Below, in pieces: positions 7,397 to 17,111 of a stretch of 64,000 nt of DNA (positions are counted from its first letter, which is position 1; every line of letters starts with the position of its first letter). The notes under the pieces are model-generated. The model was not told the origin of the DNA and searched no databases. It worked only from the letters and a program-made list of their open reading frames with translations. The stretch is taken from the IMG/VR virus record IMGVR_UViG_3300009376_000009. The stretch is one strand, 5' to 3'. Made by a program: the position numbers and the translations under genes. This DNA is from an uncultured virus (IMG/VR IMGVR_UViG_3300009376_000009) (lineage: Duplodnaviria > Heunggongvirae > Uroviricota > Caudoviricetes).

Positions 7397-8752
7397 ATGG
7401 GAAAACTAACATACAAGGAGTTGGCCGAAGGCCCAATGCTTGATGCGCTGCCCGAAGACTATGTTACTCGCATTGAAGCGCACGAATCTATCATCTTCAT
7501 GGAGCGTGCGGCTATGCCGGCTATGATGCCCGTCACTACCGCCGAAATAATGAACGAGATACCGACCGGTTGTCTAGTATTTTCACGGACGAGGAACAAC
7601 CCACGCCTGCAACGTGAGTACGGTGGGTCAAGCCTCGCCTTGCTCCGAATGGCTCAGGACTCAAACTACCGCGTCTTTGAGGAAACACTTTCACCCGACC
7701 CTACCGATTGGAACACTTTGGAGTTTAGCAGCCCGGACACGCATCTCCGAAGCAGAAACCGGCTCATCACGCAACTAGAGTATCAGCGACTCACTTGGAA
7801 AGCGCGACGACGTTTCCGACTAACGAAATACTTCGCTGCGCCTAAAAGAAACTTGGAATTGATGTGGCGACAGGCAGCATCGCTTGGGACGACGCCATTA
7901 GAGTTTTTCTCAAACATAGTCAACAACGGGAACCTAATCTCTACAACGTCGAAGAACATCTACCGCGCTAAGTCGAGGAACTCATTCTCCACACGCGCCC
8001 TATCAGGGACGGCAAATAGCAAGCAGTATCAGTACGCACGAACCAACGCGCATATCGTCTACACCCCCGTCTTTGAGAGGCTACTCTCGGAACACTCGGA
8101 GAAGTGGAGGAACCAAGAGACACACACGGCTGCATACGACAAGGGACGCAAAGCCCACACCTTCGTAACTCAGGCGATTAAATCAGCAGAGCAACGCATA
8201 CAGAATCTTGGGATAAAACTAACTTCGCAGGCATCAACGATGGATTGCGACCTCTTCAAGTCAAAGCCAAGTCGAGCAGCAAGCCTTCTCTTGGAATGGT
8301 CATGGTCAGCAAACTTTGCAACGCTGCACAACCAAGTAGGGAATGAAGACGTCCCTATGGAAAAGGGCTGGGCGGATAGCGTGATGGAGTCGGGAGGATT
8401 CCTACACTCTCTACGGAGAGGGATGACCATTGAGAATCACAACGACCTCATTGAGCCAACGGAAGATGATTGGGAGGAAGCACAGTCCTTCTTCGATAAT
8501 CACGACGACCTTTGCATCGCGGCAGGAATTGGATTCAACACCTCGACTGCGAAAAGATACAAACTCCCGAAGACATTCTCTCAATATGTAGGCATCATCG
8601 AAGCCATAGAATCATCGGAGTCAGCAGTCAAAAGAAACGCGGACTCAATACGCTCATTCCTTCAAATGACTCTGAGGGAAATGCGTGACCGCGTAAATCA
8701 GATTGGAAGCGGTTACGTTGAGCGCGACGGTGTCCGGGTGCGGGACACGTAA
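7397..8752 (+). CDS. Hypothetical protein (~451 aa)
   Basis: Long ORF with a GAGG Shine-Dalgarno before ATG 7397. No recognised motif. Confidence 0.8.
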   Translation: MGKLTYKELAEGPMLDALPEDYVTRIEAHESIIFMERAAMPAMMPVTTAEIMNEIPTGCLVFSRTRNNPRLQREYGGSSLALLRMAQDSNYRVFEETLSPDPTDWNTLEFSSPDTHLRSRNRLITQLEYQRLTWKARRRFRLTKYFAAPKRNLELMWRQAASLGTTPLEFFSNIVNNGNLISTTSKNIYRAKSRNSFSTRALSGTANSKQYQYARTNAHIVYTPVFERLLSEHSEKWRNQETHTAAYDKGRKAHTFVTQAIKSAEQRIQNLGIKLTSQASTMDCDLFKSKPSRAASLLLEWSWSANFATLHNQVGNEDVPMEKGWADSVMESGGFLHSLRRGMTIENHNDLIEPTEDDWEEAQSFFDNHDDLCIAAGIGFNTSTAKRYKLPKTFSQYVGIIEAIESSESAVKRNADSIRSFLQMTLREMRDRVNQIGSGYVERDGVRVRDT

Positions 8753-8817
8753 ACGGCGACTAAAAGTAACTTTGGGGAAATCGGCAACTTCATAAGCATA
8801 CACGAGGACGGAATGAT

Positions 8818-8898
8818 ATGGCGAAGTGTCCGAAGTGCAAGGTGGAGTGGCTTGACCACACCTTCAACGAGCGACTCTCATGCAAGGGGTTGAACTGA
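8818..8898 (+). CDS. 26-aa CxxC microprotein (not in ORF track)
   Basis: MAKCPKCKVEWLDHTFNERLSCKGLN. ATG is 25 nt after TAAG (8793) and the stop abuts the next ATG. Confidence 0.65.
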   Translation: MAKCPKCKVEWLDHTFNERLSCKGLN

Positions 8899-9246
8899 AT
8901 GGAGCCTAAAAGAATCTTCACAGGAATTGCTGACGCTCACGGCTTAGAATCATTTCACGAAGCCGGGGAGGTTGGGGTTTCTGAGGGAGTCGCAGGATTC
9001 CGTGTGAGAGCGAATAGACACAGGCACGCACTAATCTATTGGGTGAAATTAGATGACGTCCAAGTGAAGGTCATAAGTGCGATATTGTCCGACGAGAAGA
9101 ACGATGAGAGATTCATGGATGCGTGTCGCCTGCTACATGACGCCGACTTCGTTGAGTCTGTGGCTGTTGAACACGAAATGCGTCGCAGTTGGGATATGCT
9201 ACCCGACCACAAACTTGACCCGTTTTGGAGTGGAGATAATGAGTAA
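8899..9246 (+). CDS. Hypothetical protein
   Basis: Tightly packed in the operon. Confidence 0.8.
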   Translation: MEPKRIFTGIADAHGLESFHEAGEVGVSEGVAGFRVRANRHRHALIYWVKLDDVQVKVISAILSDEKNDERFMDACRLLHDADFVESVAVEHEMRRSWDMLPDHKLDPFWSGDNE

Positions 9247-9634
9247 ACTTCCGGCTAAAAGTAATTGGGTTCTCTACCCGAACGGAAGGGTCCGAGGACA
9301 GGCCTTCCTCATCAAGAAGATTGACGGTACGCACCGTTACTATTTCGCTTCGGAGAACCCTGTTACCGTAGGGAAGAAAGGCTCTATGAGAAATAACGTT
9401 CTGTGGATTCAGAAGAAGATGAAGGAGAAGGGCGTGAGCATGAGTTTCCGTCGTGACCGCAACGGAGGCTTTTGGCTATCCCACACTCTCACAGGCACAT
9501 ACGGACGTGGCCCTGTTCTCTCCATCGAAGACTTGATGGAAAACGGATGGGAAATACACGAAACGATTGAACCCTCAGAATCAAACGGCTACCGACGCAT
9601 CTACCTAAGCGAAGACGGAAGAACAAGCGTATGA
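9239..9634 (+). CDS. Hypothetical protein
   Basis: GGAG Shine-Dalgarno, start overlaps the upstream stop. Confidence 0.75.
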   Translation: MSKLPAKSNWVLYPNGRVRGQAFLIKKIDGTHRYYFASENPVTVGKKGSMRNNVLWIQKKMKEKGVSMSFRRDRNGGFWLSHTLTGTYGRGPVLSIEDLMENGWEIHETIEPSESNGYRRIYLSEDGRTSV

Positions 9635-9644
9635 GTGTGAAGTG

Positions 9645-9743
9645 ATGAATATGGTGTCTGATACCTACGCTTTCTTTTCCTTCGTGTTGGGGATTATGCT
9701 CGGAATACAACTCTGCCTCATTCTTTTCACAGTATTTTCCTGA
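9645..9743 (+). CDS. 32-aa single-TM microprotein
   Basis: MNMVSDTYAFFSFVLGIMLGIQLCLILFTVFS fills the intergenic gap. Confidence 0.5.
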   Translation: MNMVSDTYAFFSFVLGIMLGIQLCLILFTVFS

Positions 9744-9762
9744 GTGATGGAGGCTAAAAGTA

Positions 9763-10065
9763 ATGTTGTTCAAAGTCACAGGCCTCATCAGGAATGGACG
9801 TTGGGATAACGTCGCAGAAGAGTGGGAGTTAGCACGAATTACTCCAAGATTTTTTCCTCGCTATCAGGAGGCTAAAAGTTTTTTTGACGGAGAGATAGTA
9901 TCAGGAACGATGTGGCGCAAGAACGAGGACGACGCAAGGAATACTTATAGCGTAATTGAAACCGTTGGAAATGTTTGGCCGGAAGGCGCACGAGCAAAGA
10001 ACAAGGCACTCATAGATGAAGTCATAGAGATGATACAGGACAGGCGGTGGAGCCATGAAGTTTAG
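9763..10065 (+). CDS. Hypothetical protein
   Basis: GGAGG Shine-Dalgarno. Confidence 0.8.
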   Translation: MLFKVTGLIRNGRWDNVAEEWELARITPRFFPRYQEAKSFFDGEIVSGTMWRKNEDDARNTYSVIETVGNVWPEGARAKNKALIDEVIEMIQDRRWSHEV

Positions 10066-10378
10066 TCGAGAGATGAAGGACTACTTTAGGGAGAGCATGG
10101 GGAACTCGCTCACACCGGGTCATGCTGCCGACTATCTCACAAACCTGTTCTTAGATGAGGCATGGGAAGGCAGGGACTACGATAGAGGCGATAATCCCTC
10201 ATGGGGGTGTCTGTTAAACTCAAAGGCATACAGGGATATGGTAGAGGCTTTCCGATGGTGCGATGAGCGATGGGGCTGCAACTCTACTCAAGAGTTCAAA
10301 GAGGCATTGTTCTCTAAGATGGACTATCAACGCGACCCCATCTATACCGAGATGAGGATATACCTGTGTGGTGAATAG
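10055..10378 (+). CDS. Hypothetical protein
   Basis: Start overlaps the upstream gene, Shine-Dalgarno present. Confidence 0.8.
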   Translation: MKFSREMKDYFRESMGNSLTPGHAADYLTNLFLDEAWEGRDYDRGDNPSWGCLLNSKAYRDMVEAFRWCDERWGCNSTQEFKEALFSKMDYQRDPIYTEMRIYLCGE

Positions 10379-10392
10379 GAAGGTAAAAGTAA

Positions 10393-10572
10393 ATGAGCGC
10401 AAACTGCATAAGGTGTAGAAACGCTATCATGGGGCAAGGACATAGAGTAAGCATTCTCCTGCATCGTAACAACGAGAGCGAATACGCTGCTGCCTCAATA
10501 CGAGGCAAAGTCTGCGGCAACTGCTTCCTTTGGCTTGACGCTGTGAGCATCGAGCAAGGGTCGAAGTTTTGA
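10393..10572 (+). CDS. 59-aa Zn-finger protein (not in ORF track)
   Basis: MSANCIRC...KVCGNCFLWLD has two CxxC motifs and a GGAAGG Shine-Dalgarno. Confidence 0.7.
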   Translation: MSANCIRCRNAIMGQGHRVSILLHRNNESEYAAASIRGKVCGNCFLWLDAVSIEQGSKF

Positions 10573-10616
10573 AGGCTAAAACTAATGCCTGCAATATTTC
10601 CAACGTTACAAATCCA

Positions 10617-10652
10617 ACGCTTGCGAGTAGCATACGACAAGTTGATAAGCAT
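10617..10652 (+). promoter_or_regulatory. Class II early promoter
   Basis: ACGCTTGCGA at 10617, TAAG at 10646. Confidence 0.75.
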
Positions 10653-10688
10653 GAATCACGAGGGCTATTCATAGCGGAGAGAGAGAGT

Positions 10689-10970
10689 ATGATTCGACAG
10701 AAGGGACAGCGTCTATGGGAGCCTGCTGTGGTGGCTCACTTGAAGAAACAGAGTGAGCCAATAGACGGCAGAACAATCCTTGCTGAAACCGTGATGCAAT
10801 ACCCGAAGGGAACGAAGAAGACGTTGAGTCAAGCACGCTCTTGCCCCAACCTATTCCAACTTGCGCGGTGGGCGAATAACGAGCCATCCATCAAAGTCAC
10901 TCTGATACGCATAGAAGGCTTAACAGGCTCAAGCAAAGCAGTCAATCATTACGAATGGGTGGGTGAATAA
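10689..10970 (+). CDS. Small basic winged-helix-like protein
   Basis: Shares a sequence pattern with five other small ORFs in the window. Confidence 0.65.
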   Translation: MIRQKGQRLWEPAVVAHLKKQSEPIDGRTILAETVMQYPKGTKKTLSQARSCPNLFQLARWANNEPSIKVTLIRIEGLTGSSKAVNHYEWVGE

Positions 10971-10972
10971 GG

Positions 10973-11377
10973 ATGGGACGAAGAACGCGAAGCAAGACTC
11001 CAAACAGTAATGTACTGAGAGCCGTAGCACAATATCTTCACAACAACGGCCCTTCAACAGTAGAGAATATTGTCGAGAATGCTGTCTTCAAATCAGGTAA
11101 GCCTCTACGCATGAGTAGAATGGCTATGACGACAAGACAACTCTCATCCACACTAGCAGGACACAAGGACTTCTTCGTCTTTAATCGAGCGCAGAAAAGG
11201 GGAGCAGGGGAGTGGGCTATTGAGCCTAAAAGTAAACTCTTGAGTGACTTCGTTGATAGGAAGGACAGCCCTGCTACCGCAGCGTTGAAGAAGAAACTTG
11301 GGATGGCGGCCTACAAGAAGCAACTAGATGCGCGACGGACTAGACCGTCGTATATTCGCAAGTCGTCAAGAGGCTAG
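10973..11377 (+). CDS. Basic winged-helix-like DNA-binding protein
   Basis: YLHNNGPSTVENI...TTRQLSSTL..HKDF...GEW pattern. Confidence 0.7.
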   Translation: MGRRTRSKTPNSNVLRAVAQYLHNNGPSTVENIVENAVFKSGKPLRMSRMAMTTRQLSSTLAGHKDFFVFNRAQKRGAGEWAIEPKSKLLSDFVDRKDSPATAALKKKLGMAAYKKQLDARRTRPSYIRKSSRG

Positions 11378-11397
11378 TCCGATAAGGAGGCAATAAG

Positions 11398-11661
11398 ATG
11401 GGAGATTTAGTCCATTATTTCGTGCTAATATGCCGAAAGTGTAACCTTCCCATGAACAACAATAGAAGTGAAAAAGGAGTCATAGTCATAGGTTGCTCAG
11501 AATGCGGTATCGAAGTGAACAAGGAAGAGCGTGTGATGGATAAGGATGACTTCATTGATACTCACTTGACTCAATACGGTCAGCCCATCAAAGAAGATGA
11601 TGATGAGGACGATTACTCCCCCGAAGAAGAAGACTTCTTTGCGTCCGGCGGTGACCATTAG
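11398..11661 (+). CDS. Zn-ribbon protein with acidic tail
   Basis: CRKC...CSECG, D/E-rich C-terminus, AAGGAGG Shine-Dalgarno. Confidence 0.8.
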   Translation: MGDLVHYFVLICRKCNLPMNNNRSEKGVIVIGCSECGIEVNKEERVMDKDDFIDTHLTQYGQPIKEDDDEDDYSPEEEDFFASGGDH

Positions 11662-11908
11662 ACGGGGGAATTAGATTGGATAATGACTGTCCTGTCGAAG
11701 CGGCGCGAGTCGTTTACGAGAACGAAATCTTAGAGAGAGTAGCCTCAGAAATCGCGGCTAAAAGTAACTCCCCGAAGTCTTTATGTAGTGATAGGCTGTC
11801 CGAAATACAGAGCGAGGGGGCGACAGATGATTAGCCCCATGAAGCAGTTTATCAGGTTCCTGATGGGCCTGTTTGATGACGTGAATATGTTCGATAGGAA
11901 ATGATTAC

Positions 11909-12208
11909 ATGAGAAAGATACAGGCTCGTAGAGCGATAGTAGAAGTCCTGTTGCAGCACCCTGATGGGTTAACAGGACAGGAAATTATCGTGAAGTTAGA
12001 CCCGAAGATTAGCCGTAACAGTATTACCGACACGCGCCATCTTAGTCAGTTGATGAGAGGCGCGAAGGGAGTAGACAGAATCAAGAATGGAGGCGTATCT
12101 TACATGGAAAACCCCGACTCTCTTTCTCTTCACCGATACAAAGTCGTTCTCTACAAAGTTTCAGATGAGAATGCTCTAATGGCGTGGATAGGAGGCAAAC
12201 TCCGATGA
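11909..12208 (+). CDS. Winged-helix-like protein
   Basis: LLQHPDGLTGQEI...TRHLSQLMR pattern. Confidence 0.7.
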   Translation: MRKIQARRAIVEVLLQHPDGLTGQEIIVKLDPKISRNSITDTRHLSQLMRGAKGVDRIKNGGVSYMENPDSLSLHRYKVVLYKVSDENALMAWIGGKLR

Positions 12209-12447
12209 GTAAAATCGAAGACCAAGTTATTGCGAGGATTCAACGGCGAGTAGAGCGTGGTTTCAAGAAATACAACACAGACATGGAGCGCGAAGACTTG
12301 AATCTGATAGATTGGTTACAACACGCACAAGACGAAATGCTTGATGGTGCGATTTATCTTGAGCGATTGAAGGAAGAGTTTGAAATCCGCTTAGATGAAG
12401 CCGTGAAAAAAATCACCGAGGAAATACACGAAGCAAACAGGGGCTAA
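12205..12447 (+). CDS. Small helical protein, MazG-like dNTP pyrophosphohydrolase-type
   Basis: R.ERG.KKY....R.D...WL.HA.DEMLD.AIYL pattern. Confidence 0.6.
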   Translation: MSKIEDQVIARIQRRVERGFKKYNTDMEREDLNLIDWLQHAQDEMLDGAIYLERLKEEFEIRLDEAVKKITEEIHEANRG

Positions 12448-12452
12448 AAGTA

Positions 12453-12890
12453 ATGGACCGATTTAATTCAAACGAACCGTTGGAAGATGAACCTAAAAGT
12501 ATTCCACCGGCATATCGAACCAAGAGTAGTGGAGTCACGCCCCAAGAAGTCTGCAAGACACTTGACGACATTGAGATTGCAGCGTCGCAAACAATCACTA
12601 CCCATGACGAAGCAGATAGTCAATTCAGAAGCATCACAGAACAGGCTGCCGAATTAAATGAGCGCATCAATGAAGCCGGGGTTGTAGACGATGATTACGA
12701 ATACGAAATCTCACACATGAGAGAATTGATTGAAGATGCTGCTCGCTATATGTCGGTTGGTAACTACCGTCAAAATGTCCCAAGAAACGTCATCAAACAC
12801 TTCAAAGACACCATGAAGCGTATGAACGCCATAATCGCGCTCAACAAACAGGCCCGTCGAGAAGGTTCAGAAGATGCAGGAACGAATTGA
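12453..12890 (+). CDS. Hypothetical helical protein
   Basis: ORF packed in the operon. Confidence 0.75.
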   Translation: MDRFNSNEPLEDEPKSIPPAYRTKSSGVTPQEVCKTLDDIEIAASQTITTHDEADSQFRSITEQAAELNERINEAGVVDDDYEYEISHMRELIEDAARYMSVGNYRQNVPRNVIKHFKDTMKRMNAIIALNKQARREGSEDAGTN

Positions 12891-13677
12891 TTTCATTTCG
12901 GGCGACGTGGAAGTAATCGAAGCGGTTGCATTTACTCGTCAAGCAGCCAATATACTCACGAAGCAACCACACGTGGTATTGCGGGTAAAAGAAACTGTCC
13001 TCACTATTGAGGATAAAAGAATTATGTGGAAGTTTCTCGCTCTGCTCGATACAACACAGAAGTTTCCCTTCCTGAATTATCTCAGCGTCGTAGACGTTAT
13101 CCCTCTCAACAGAGTCATCGAAGATTTTCTCCACGATTACCCTAACACTATGTTTCACGTGTGGGTAGAGAAGGGAGTGATTGTCGGCTTTGACGGACAG
13201 CAGCACAATCCTCGTGCTACCTCCGACACGATGCAAGAGATTGCAGAATACATCAAGACCAAAGATGATACTTACGACTACAACATCTGCCTCCGAGAGA
13301 TAAATCGGGGTTGGCGAGCCGGAACGACACGATTCAAGACACAACGAGTCCTAACGGCAGAATATATTTCAGGGAACAAAATTGTTGAGATAGTGTCTAT
13401 TGGTCAAAGAGCGCAGGTAGTCCATATCTCAGCGCGTTATCTATCCGGCTGCGATTTCGTTCAGCCTATCCCAACTCTTGTCTTCAAAGGTGGTTTGTTT
13501 ACAATGCCGGTAAAAGAATTGTATGGGCAGATTGACTTAGTTTTGGACGCACTAAAACTGATGGAGGAAAACCCAATGCCGGAGATAGACACGCACAGCA
13601 AGGCTCACCGAATGACTAGAGTTGGGCGCAACCAATTGGAGTTTGAGCGAGGCGACGAGTGGTTCTCTGCGCTTTGA
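12874..13677 (+). CDS. Hypothetical protein (267 aa)
   Basis: Long ORF overlapping the upstream gene. Confidence 0.8.
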   Translation: MQERIDFISGDVEVIEAVAFTRQAANILTKQPHVVLRVKETVLTIEDKRIMWKFLALLDTTQKFPFLNYLSVVDVIPLNRVIEDFLHDYPNTMFHVWVEKGVIVGFDGQQHNPRATSDTMQEIAEYIKTKDDTYDYNICLREINRGWRAGTTRFKTQRVLTAEYISGNKIVEIVSIGQRAQVVHISARYLSGCDFVQPIPTLVFKGGLFTMPVKELYGQIDLVLDALKLMEENPMPEIDTHSKAHRMTRVGRNQLEFERGDEWFSAL

Positions 13678-13933
13678 GCAATTCTTTCCATCATTTGACT
13701 TCGGACTAAAAGAATTACAGGGGCGCAGTAGCATGGTTTTCGCAATTCCTTCATTTCTCCATAGGTATGTAGAGAGAGATAGAGAGAGGCTAATACAAAC
13801 ATCTTTGAATGAATTAAGAAATTGCCTCATAGCCGCGCAGTCCCACGAATCAATTATTCGACGCAAGCACGATTTAACAAAATGAATATGTTCATAAGCA
13901 TGACTATGGAAGAAAGGTATACGAGGCGATAGT

Positions 13934-14353
13934 ATGTCGGGGAGTAGCAGGAACCTGAGATTGGCTGATTGGCTATACGGCTACCTACACGTGAATGGGC
14001 CAAAGGCTGTGGCTCAAATCAAGGACTACATCAACAATGACCACATGACTGTACCTACGGGTGGTGTACCCGCCACGAAGGTAAGGGGTTCATATTCATC
14101 ACCGCAGATAGCGGGGGTTCTACAATCAAGCCCCCTTTTCCAAAAGGCCGGGTTTGAAAGAGTTACTTATTCATCGGCTCACACCCCATGCGGTACTGTA
14201 TCAGACCACGTCTACCTATGGGAGATAGTGCCTGTCGAAGAAGTTGTAGACAAAATGCTTGCGAATAAGAACAAACATCGTCTACGGAGATTTCAGCCAA
14301 ATGTAATCAAGCAAGAATTGAAGCGACGCGGGGAGGTCATCACAAATGAGTAA
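13934..14353 (+). CDS. Winged-helix-like protein
   Basis: YLHVNGPKAVAQI...SSPQIAGVLQSSPLF. TTCATAAGCAT promoter at 13891. Confidence 0.7.
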   Translation: MSGSSRNLRLADWLYGYLHVNGPKAVAQIKDYINNDHMTVPTGGVPATKVRGSYSSPQIAGVLQSSPLFQKAGFERVTYSSAHTPCGTVSDHVYLWEIVPVEEVVDKMLANKNKHRLRRFQPNVIKQELKRRGEVITNE

Positions 14354-15179
14354 GCATATCATTCAACGAGGCGACGCGGATTTCGTTTGGTCGAAAGAAA
14401 TCGAGAAGGAAGATACGACTCTCTTGGTATTCCATCAAGGCGAAATGGGATTCTCTTCCTTCCTCGCAGGCATGGGACTCATAGGAGAAGAGAAGTGTAT
14501 TTGTCGAGTATTCAGCAAACTTCACAACGTTGGTGCTTTCAATAGTGCGCCCGAACCGACATTTCCTGAGTGGCGACTCTTCCAAAGACGTAACGTTGAT
14601 GGACGTCGTTTCTTCATCCTAAGACTAACTCATGCTCATCCTCTCCCTGATAACGAGTATAACGACCACACTTGGCTCTACACATACCCTATCGTGCGCG
14701 ATATAGTAATGGAGTTGAGTGAGCGTGGTGTAAATGAGTTGGTGTATCTCACGAGCAACTTGCTACAATCCGTTGGTGGCTACGACGACGAGTATGCAAC
14801 TCTTGGGGATGAGGACGTGGCTGTTTACGATTACATCAACCACGAAGATAATGCGCTCACATTGGAGGGCGTAGAAATCGAAAAGCAAATTGTCTTGGCT
14901 GCTCCTTCGTGGACGTTTGCTTCTGTATTCAAGAACTTCTGCATGAATAAGATTCGGGGAGTATGGATTGCTATTGGAGGGAGGAACGTAGAAGACTTCA
15001 TTGATACTAAAACTACTGACTCACTCCTTTACTACTGTGACTTCGTATTAGGTTTAGACCACAACAAACCGAAGGTTGAGGAATATATCAATGTGTTGAA
15101 TGACTTTGAACATCTCGCTCGACCCTTTGACCTTGACCGCGCTATGGCTGATGCAGGGGTGGATGACTACCATGTCTGA
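14346..15179 (+). CDS. Hypothetical alpha/beta protein, possibly PAC2-like
   Basis: Long ORF. The segment IVRDIVMELSERGVNELVYLTS is reminiscent of the PAC2 fold (weak). Confidence 0.6.
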   Translation: MSKHIIQRGDADFVWSKEIEKEDTTLLVFHQGEMGFSSFLAGMGLIGEEKCICRVFSKLHNVGAFNSAPEPTFPEWRLFQRRNVDGRRFFILRLTHAHPLPDNEYNDHTWLYTYPIVRDIVMELSERGVNELVYLTSNLLQSVGGYDDEYATLGDEDVAVYDYINHEDNALTLEGVEIEKQIVLAAPSWTFASVFKNFCMNKIRGVWIAIGGRNVEDFIDTKTTDSLLYYCDFVLGLDHNKPKVEEYINVLNDFEHLARPFDLDRAMADAGVDDYHV

Positions 15180-16485
15180 GTTTAATGTGTTCCGAAAGAC
15201 GTTAGAGTTTACAGACCGTAATCATTACATTGACGTTCAGAATAAGGTTCCGATTTTTCTGTGTAGTATCGGCGGACATATCTTCAACTGCATTAACAAA
15301 TGCAGTCGTTGCGACTTTGACCCCGACAGTCCACTTGTAGACGAGGAAGAAGATTTCATCATTGAAAACTGTCCGCTTCGACACAACAACCCCCCATTCT
15401 ACACACCTATGTCTCAACTCCCTGATACAAGGATAAATCTAATGTTGAGGGGAGCGAAAGGCTCCGGTAAATCTGTCCTAATTCTAATGTTCCTCGCAGA
15501 AGGAACGGGGCTTATCCATAGCGGCAACGCTGATATGGGTCATGGCTTCCGAACCATGATGGGGCCGAACAGCGTGACCGAGGCCGGTATGTTCGGTTCG
15601 GTGGATGAAGAAGGGACTATCATGGGTCGCCCCCTTGCTCGTGAGATGTGCGGAGGCTTCCTCGGCTTTGAAGAGTTTTCATCCATGAGTGATGCCTCAA
15701 AGAAGGAACACTCGCTCGACATGAAAAACCAACTCCTGACTTCTCTCGATAACGGGCGCGTGCAAAAAGCACTCCGCGCAGGTTGGGTTAATTATACTAC
15801 ACGCTATACGGTATGGGCGGGAACGCAGCCTGCAAGATTTGAGTTGGAGTCCGGCCTTGACCGGCGCTTCTTCATCATAGATATTGAGATGACGCCGGAG
15901 AAGGAGAAGCAATACAAAGAGTCGCAGCACATTCAGGCGAATATGCCGATAGAAGACCGAGTAGAGTTAGCCGAATTATCAATAGAAATCAAGAATTGGA
16001 TTCGTAACAGGATGGAGGAAGCGGTCAGTAATCCCCCCAACGGAGTTATCTTCGATGATGAAGTCGCGGAGTGGATTGAACACCCTGCTGTTCGGTCTTA
16101 CGAAGCAGACCTTTTTAGGCGTCTTTGCATAGGGTATCACATGATGCAGCCGGAGTATCATGGTGGTGGCCCTCTTATAATCACACTTGACCCCACGTTG
16201 GAGTCAATTCTCAATACTTCTCTTGAGATGAGGCGGAGCGTTATGGACGCGGACATGGAATTGATTCGCACGACGTTTTGGCTCAAGGACTTGCCGAAGT
16301 CGGAAGTCGTCAAGGAAGTTTCACGAATGGTTACTAACGGCGACTATCAAAGCGCGAAGCGATGGATGGTTGAAAACTTGGAGCCGCAATCTTGGTATCA
16401 CGAGTTTGAGCCTGAAACTAATCGGAGGGGCAGGAAGGGACTTCTGTGTCGCTTCGGGCCGACAGCAAAGGAGGATGAGATTTGA
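15172..16485 (+). CDS. mcm: MCM-like AAA+ helicase
   Basis: INLMLRGAKGSGKS (Walker A), SVTEAGMFG, GFLGFEEFS (Walker B), LDRRF (Arg finger). Confidence 0.75.
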   Translation: MSEFNVFRKTLEFTDRNHYIDVQNKVPIFLCSIGGHIFNCINKCSRCDFDPDSPLVDEEEDFIIENCPLRHNNPPFYTPMSQLPDTRINLMLRGAKGSGKSVLILMFLAEGTGLIHSGNADMGHGFRTMMGPNSVTEAGMFGSVDEEGTIMGRPLAREMCGGFLGFEEFSSMSDASKKEHSLDMKNQLLTSLDNGRVQKALRAGWVNYTTRYTVWAGTQPARFELESGLDRRFFIIDIEMTPEKEKQYKESQHIQANMPIEDRVELAELSIEIKNWIRNRMEEAVSNPPNGVIFDDEVAEWIEHPAVRSYEADLFRRLCIGYHMMQPEYHGGGPLIITLDPTLESILNTSLEMRRSVMDADMELIRTTFWLKDLPKSEVVKEVSRMVTNGDYQSAKRWMVENLEPQSWYHEFEPETNRRGRKGLLCRFGPTAKEDEI

Positions 16486-17111
16486 GAAGTCAGCGCGAGA
16501 TTCAAGAGCGATTGGCTACCACGAATGACGCCTTCGTTATCGAAGTGCTTCGTTGGGTGCTTGAAGGCGATTGTTCGCTGTGCGCCCATCGAAAGCGGCA
16601 TGAGTATGAAATTGGAGTCCACAGTCAGGAATACGAACCCACTTATCTTGAAGTGAAGCATAATTGGCCGGAAGGGACTGTAATGAATCACATGGCGAAT
16701 CACATTGATTACGATATTACGAAGGCGAGTCATGTCGAAGCAGCGCGAGAGCAATCAATCAATACGCTTGATTCGGCGGAGGAAATCGTAAACAGAATCA
16801 CAACATATCTGAACGAGTTGGAAGAACAGAAAGAGGCTGTTGGAGGCATCAATTCTGATTTCGTGGCCGACGCCGCAAGACTCATCGGACAGGCTAATAC
16901 GAGTCTAAAACTTGTTGCGCAACTCAAGAAGGAAATCGGTGTAGATTCTCAACTTCTTCTCGCGCAGGCGCAAATGAATGATATGAGTCGTTTGCTTGTA
17001 GACGTTCTTGCAGGCCACCCCGAATTACTAGACCAAGTCGAATTGCGTATGTCCGCCCTAAAAGAACCTGTGAATATTCTTGATGTTGATTATCAGGAGG
17101 TTACAGATTGA
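16482..17111 (+). CDS. Zn-finger plus coiled-coil protein
   Basis: CSLCAH...HMANH followed by a helical C-terminal half. Confidence 0.75.
   Translation: MRSQREIQERLATTNDAFVIEVLRWVLEGDCSLCAHRKRHEYEIGVHSQEYEPTYLEVKHNWPEGTVMNHMANHIDYDITKASHVEAAREQSINTLDSAEEIVNRITTYLNELEEQKEAVGGINSDFVADAARLIGQANTSLKLVAQLKKEIGVDSQLLLAQAQMNDMSRLLVDVLAGHPELLDQVELRMSALKEPVNILDVDYQEVTD

Noticed and set aside
2574..10559. 19/20-nt match between the cassette-5 RNA and 10540-10559
   Set aside because: It is the same sense as the mRNA, so not antisense. One such match in 64 kb is plausible by chance.
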